Shown one piece after another: positions 61,594 through 64,000 of a DNA stretch of 64,000 bases (positions are counted from its first letter, which is position 1; every line of letters begins with the position of its first letter). The position numbers were made by a program, and so were the translations under genes. The DNA is from Sphaerodactylus townsendi (lineage: Eukaryota). The stretch spans positions 11,036,001 to 11,100,000 of the forward strand of contig NC_059430.1 of assembly GCF_021028975.2 (NCBI RefSeq). The letters run 5' to 3'. The notes below the pieces were generated by a model. That model ran no database searches and was not told the DNA's origin. It was given only the letters and a program-made list of their open reading frames with translations.

Positions 61594-61888
61594 GTGGCGT
61601 AGGAGGTTAAGAGCTCGTGTATCTAATCTGGAGGAACCGGGTTTGATTCCCAGCTCTGCCGCCTGAGCTGTGGAGGCTCCTCTGGGGAATTCAGATTCGC
61701 CTGGGCACTCCCACACACGCCAGCTGGGTGACCTTGGGCTAGTCACAGCTTCTCGGAGCTCTCTCAGCCCCACCTACTTCACAGGGTGTTTGTTGTGAGG
61801 GGGGAAGGGCAAGGAGATTGTCAGCCCCTTTGAGTCTCCTACAGGAGAGAAAGGGGGGACATAAATCCAAACTCTTCTTCTTCTTCTT
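61594..61888 (+). mobile_element. tRNA-derived SINE
   Basis: Full copy. Confidence 0.88.
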
Positions 61889-62072
61889 TTCTCCACCTCA
61901 GCCAGCTGACATTTGAGATTAATGACCACATTTCCCAAATCGGGAAGTATTTATAGGACATTAGCCTTTTTTTTTGCTTTGAAATGTATCAATTCAGTGA
62001 TCATCAAGGACATAGTATTGTTTCCAGCTGAGCAGGCTTCAGATGCTAGTTTTCAGGCTTACTGGTATAGAC

Positions 62073-62220
62073 CAGGGGTAGGGAACCTGCGGCTCTCCAG
62101 ATGTTCAGGAACTACAATTCCCATCAGCCCCTACCAGCATGGCCAATTGGCCATGCTGACAGAGGCTGATGGGAATTGTAGTTCCTGAACATCTGGAGAG
62201 CCGCAGGTTCCCTACCCCTG
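62073..62220. mobile_element. Fully palindromic hairpin MITE
   Basis: Palindrome; 8-bp TSD GTATAGAC. Related full or half copies at ~7245-7323, 22116-22263, 32195-32309, 37455-37590, 55912-56000. Confidence 0.9.
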
Positions 62221-62521
62221 GTATAGACTTTTCACGAATGCATTAAAATAAAGTTGCAGAAATATGGTGAGATGTATTGCTATTTGTTCTTCAAATGAAT
62301 CACTATTTGCTATTCAAAAATAGTATATGTGAAAGAGTGAAACAGTAAAAATGAACACTATGAGAGAGCAGCATAAAACCTCATCCTGAAATCCGGTAGG
62401 AGCTCATCAGCTGCTACTACTCTTCATCCCTAGTTCAGTTTTGGAAAAGCTGGAGCGCTAAAAGGAAATCAGATTTTTAAACTTCTCTGACTTGTCTGAA
62501 AGAAAACACCTGGAACTACAA

Positions 62522-63528
62522 CACAGCCCAGTCCCGTTTCTTCCACAAAATTATGGGCTTACCAAATTGTGCTTCATATGCAGCCCCATGTTTAGAACTC
62601 GGGCAAATATCATATGCCACGATGGCCTGGCTGAGAACTGTCAGATACTGGCTACGTATCCACTATTTGCAGGATCACTCCAGTTTGTTACACCTCATGC
62701 TTTCCGACTATGCAAATTCTAGGTGGCTGAAACTAGTTGAGGGAAAAATCAACACTCTTGGCTTTTCATTAGAGTCGTTAGTCCCTCTTTCCCTATCAGA
62801 AGCATATAGCTGCTTGAAAACTAAGCTATTAGAACAAGAGTATCGGGATATGATAACAGCTGCGAGGAAAACGTGTTCCCCCCTGACCCTGCTTATTCCA
62901 GATTGAACAAGGACACATGGCCAATTATTTACAGTGGATCACCAACCCTAAATTAAGAAGAGCTTTAACACTGGCCAGATTCAATCTTAATGCCTTCTAT
63001 GCTGCTCTTATGGCAGATATCAAAACTAAATTGATAAACAGAGGAGGCTATGTGTCCATTGCAATATGGGTCAGGTGGAGACACTTTCGATCATACCACC
63101 TCTTTCATTGTGTAAGGTTTGCAAAAAATCAGAATGTCACAATCTGCACTTATCCCATTTCTGTATAACAATCTAACTGATGCTCTTAAGATACCTATGC
63201 TTTTGAACAACATGGATCCCACAGTGTGTGAGAATGTAGCAAATTTCTGCTAACAATAATAGACGTAAGTCTAGATGAATACCAACCAATGTCTATGTAT
63301 TATGACCACATATAGCCAGCAGTAATTTTGCTAGCTTCTGTCAGTATCCGATGACGTTTAAGTGAGTTAACTTAGCTGAAGGAATGTCCTATAGTTACAG
63401 AAAGACCATGTATATATTTTAGTATTTAGTATTTTAGTACCAGTGTCTATAATTGTGAGCAATAATGGGCAAATTTTGTATGCTGATTTTGTATGTTTAT
63501 TTTATGCCAATAAAGGCTTGTGATGATG
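62522..63528 (+). mobile_element. Non-LTR retrotransposon 3' fragment (RTE-X-like) in CZIB intron 2
   Basis: GLPNCASYAA..LELG, RRALTLARFN; AATAAAGG-(TGA)n tail; 14-bp TSD ACCTGGAACTACAA. Confidence 0.78.
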
Positions 63529-63900
63529 ACCTGGAACTACAAGAAGTCTCTGGGGGAGGGGGTTGTGTTGCAAACAGGGGGCCACCAAGAAACGTCTCCA
63601 CCCACCTAAAGTAGGTCTGTATGTGAACTGAAAATACATAAAATGTATATAAAACTGCCCTAAGTGCCTAACTGATGCTTCTTTGTCACCTTGCTGTTTG
63701 TTTGTCTTTTTAAAATGTACTCTGCATTGAATTTTAGTTTAATTTATTGTTTTTAGATGGTTATGTGTTCTATTAATTGAATTGAATTGTTATGGGGTTG
63801 TTTGGGGTTGTTGTGAGCTGCCTAGAGCCCTTTGGCTGAGAGATCTCCGAGATTCAACATGCACTAAGAATATAAGACCATAAGAACAAACCTGCTGGAT

Positions 63901-64000
63901 CAGGGGCGTAACTAAGGCAAAAATCACATGGCAAAATCACCAATTAGTAACCCCCTCTCGGCACACACAAATAATTAGTAACCCACTCTCGGGAACCTGT
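63901..64000. mobile_element. Partial MITE family A
   Basis: ggggcgtaactaaggcaaaaatcac...gggaacctgt matches family A; runs off the window. Confidence 0.75.

Overview
Vertebrate genomic DNA, very likely from a gecko or other squamate, judging by a dense tRNA-derived Squam3-like SINE, CR1 and Rex1 LINEs, hAT MITEs and Penelope-derived palindromes. There are three assembly gaps. Five protein-coding loci can be assembled by hand with GT-AG junctions and consistent phases: MBIP (exons 2-9, +), single-exon GALNT4 (-), DYNLT5/TCTEX1D1 (+), bicistronic MOCS2 (MOCS2A and MOCS2B, -) and the first two exons of CZIB/C1orf123 (+). Main points of interest: (1) these genes are not neighbours in human, and GALNT4 appears to be outside its usual POC1B host, which suggests a cluster of relocated genes that kept their introns; (2) a Rex1 LINE sits between the polypyrimidine tract and the AG of the MBIP exon 3 acceptor; (3) short palindromic Penelope-derived elements carry back-to-back minimal hammerhead ribozyme motifs; (4) MOCS2A and MOCS2B no longer overlap as they do in mammals; (5) two related solo LTRs inserted independently 75 bp apart; (6) a ~400 bp inverted repeat brackets the CZIB promoter and exon 1. 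Gene and repeat names come from recognising sequence, not from database searches. Repeat ends without target-site duplications (TSDs) are approximate.
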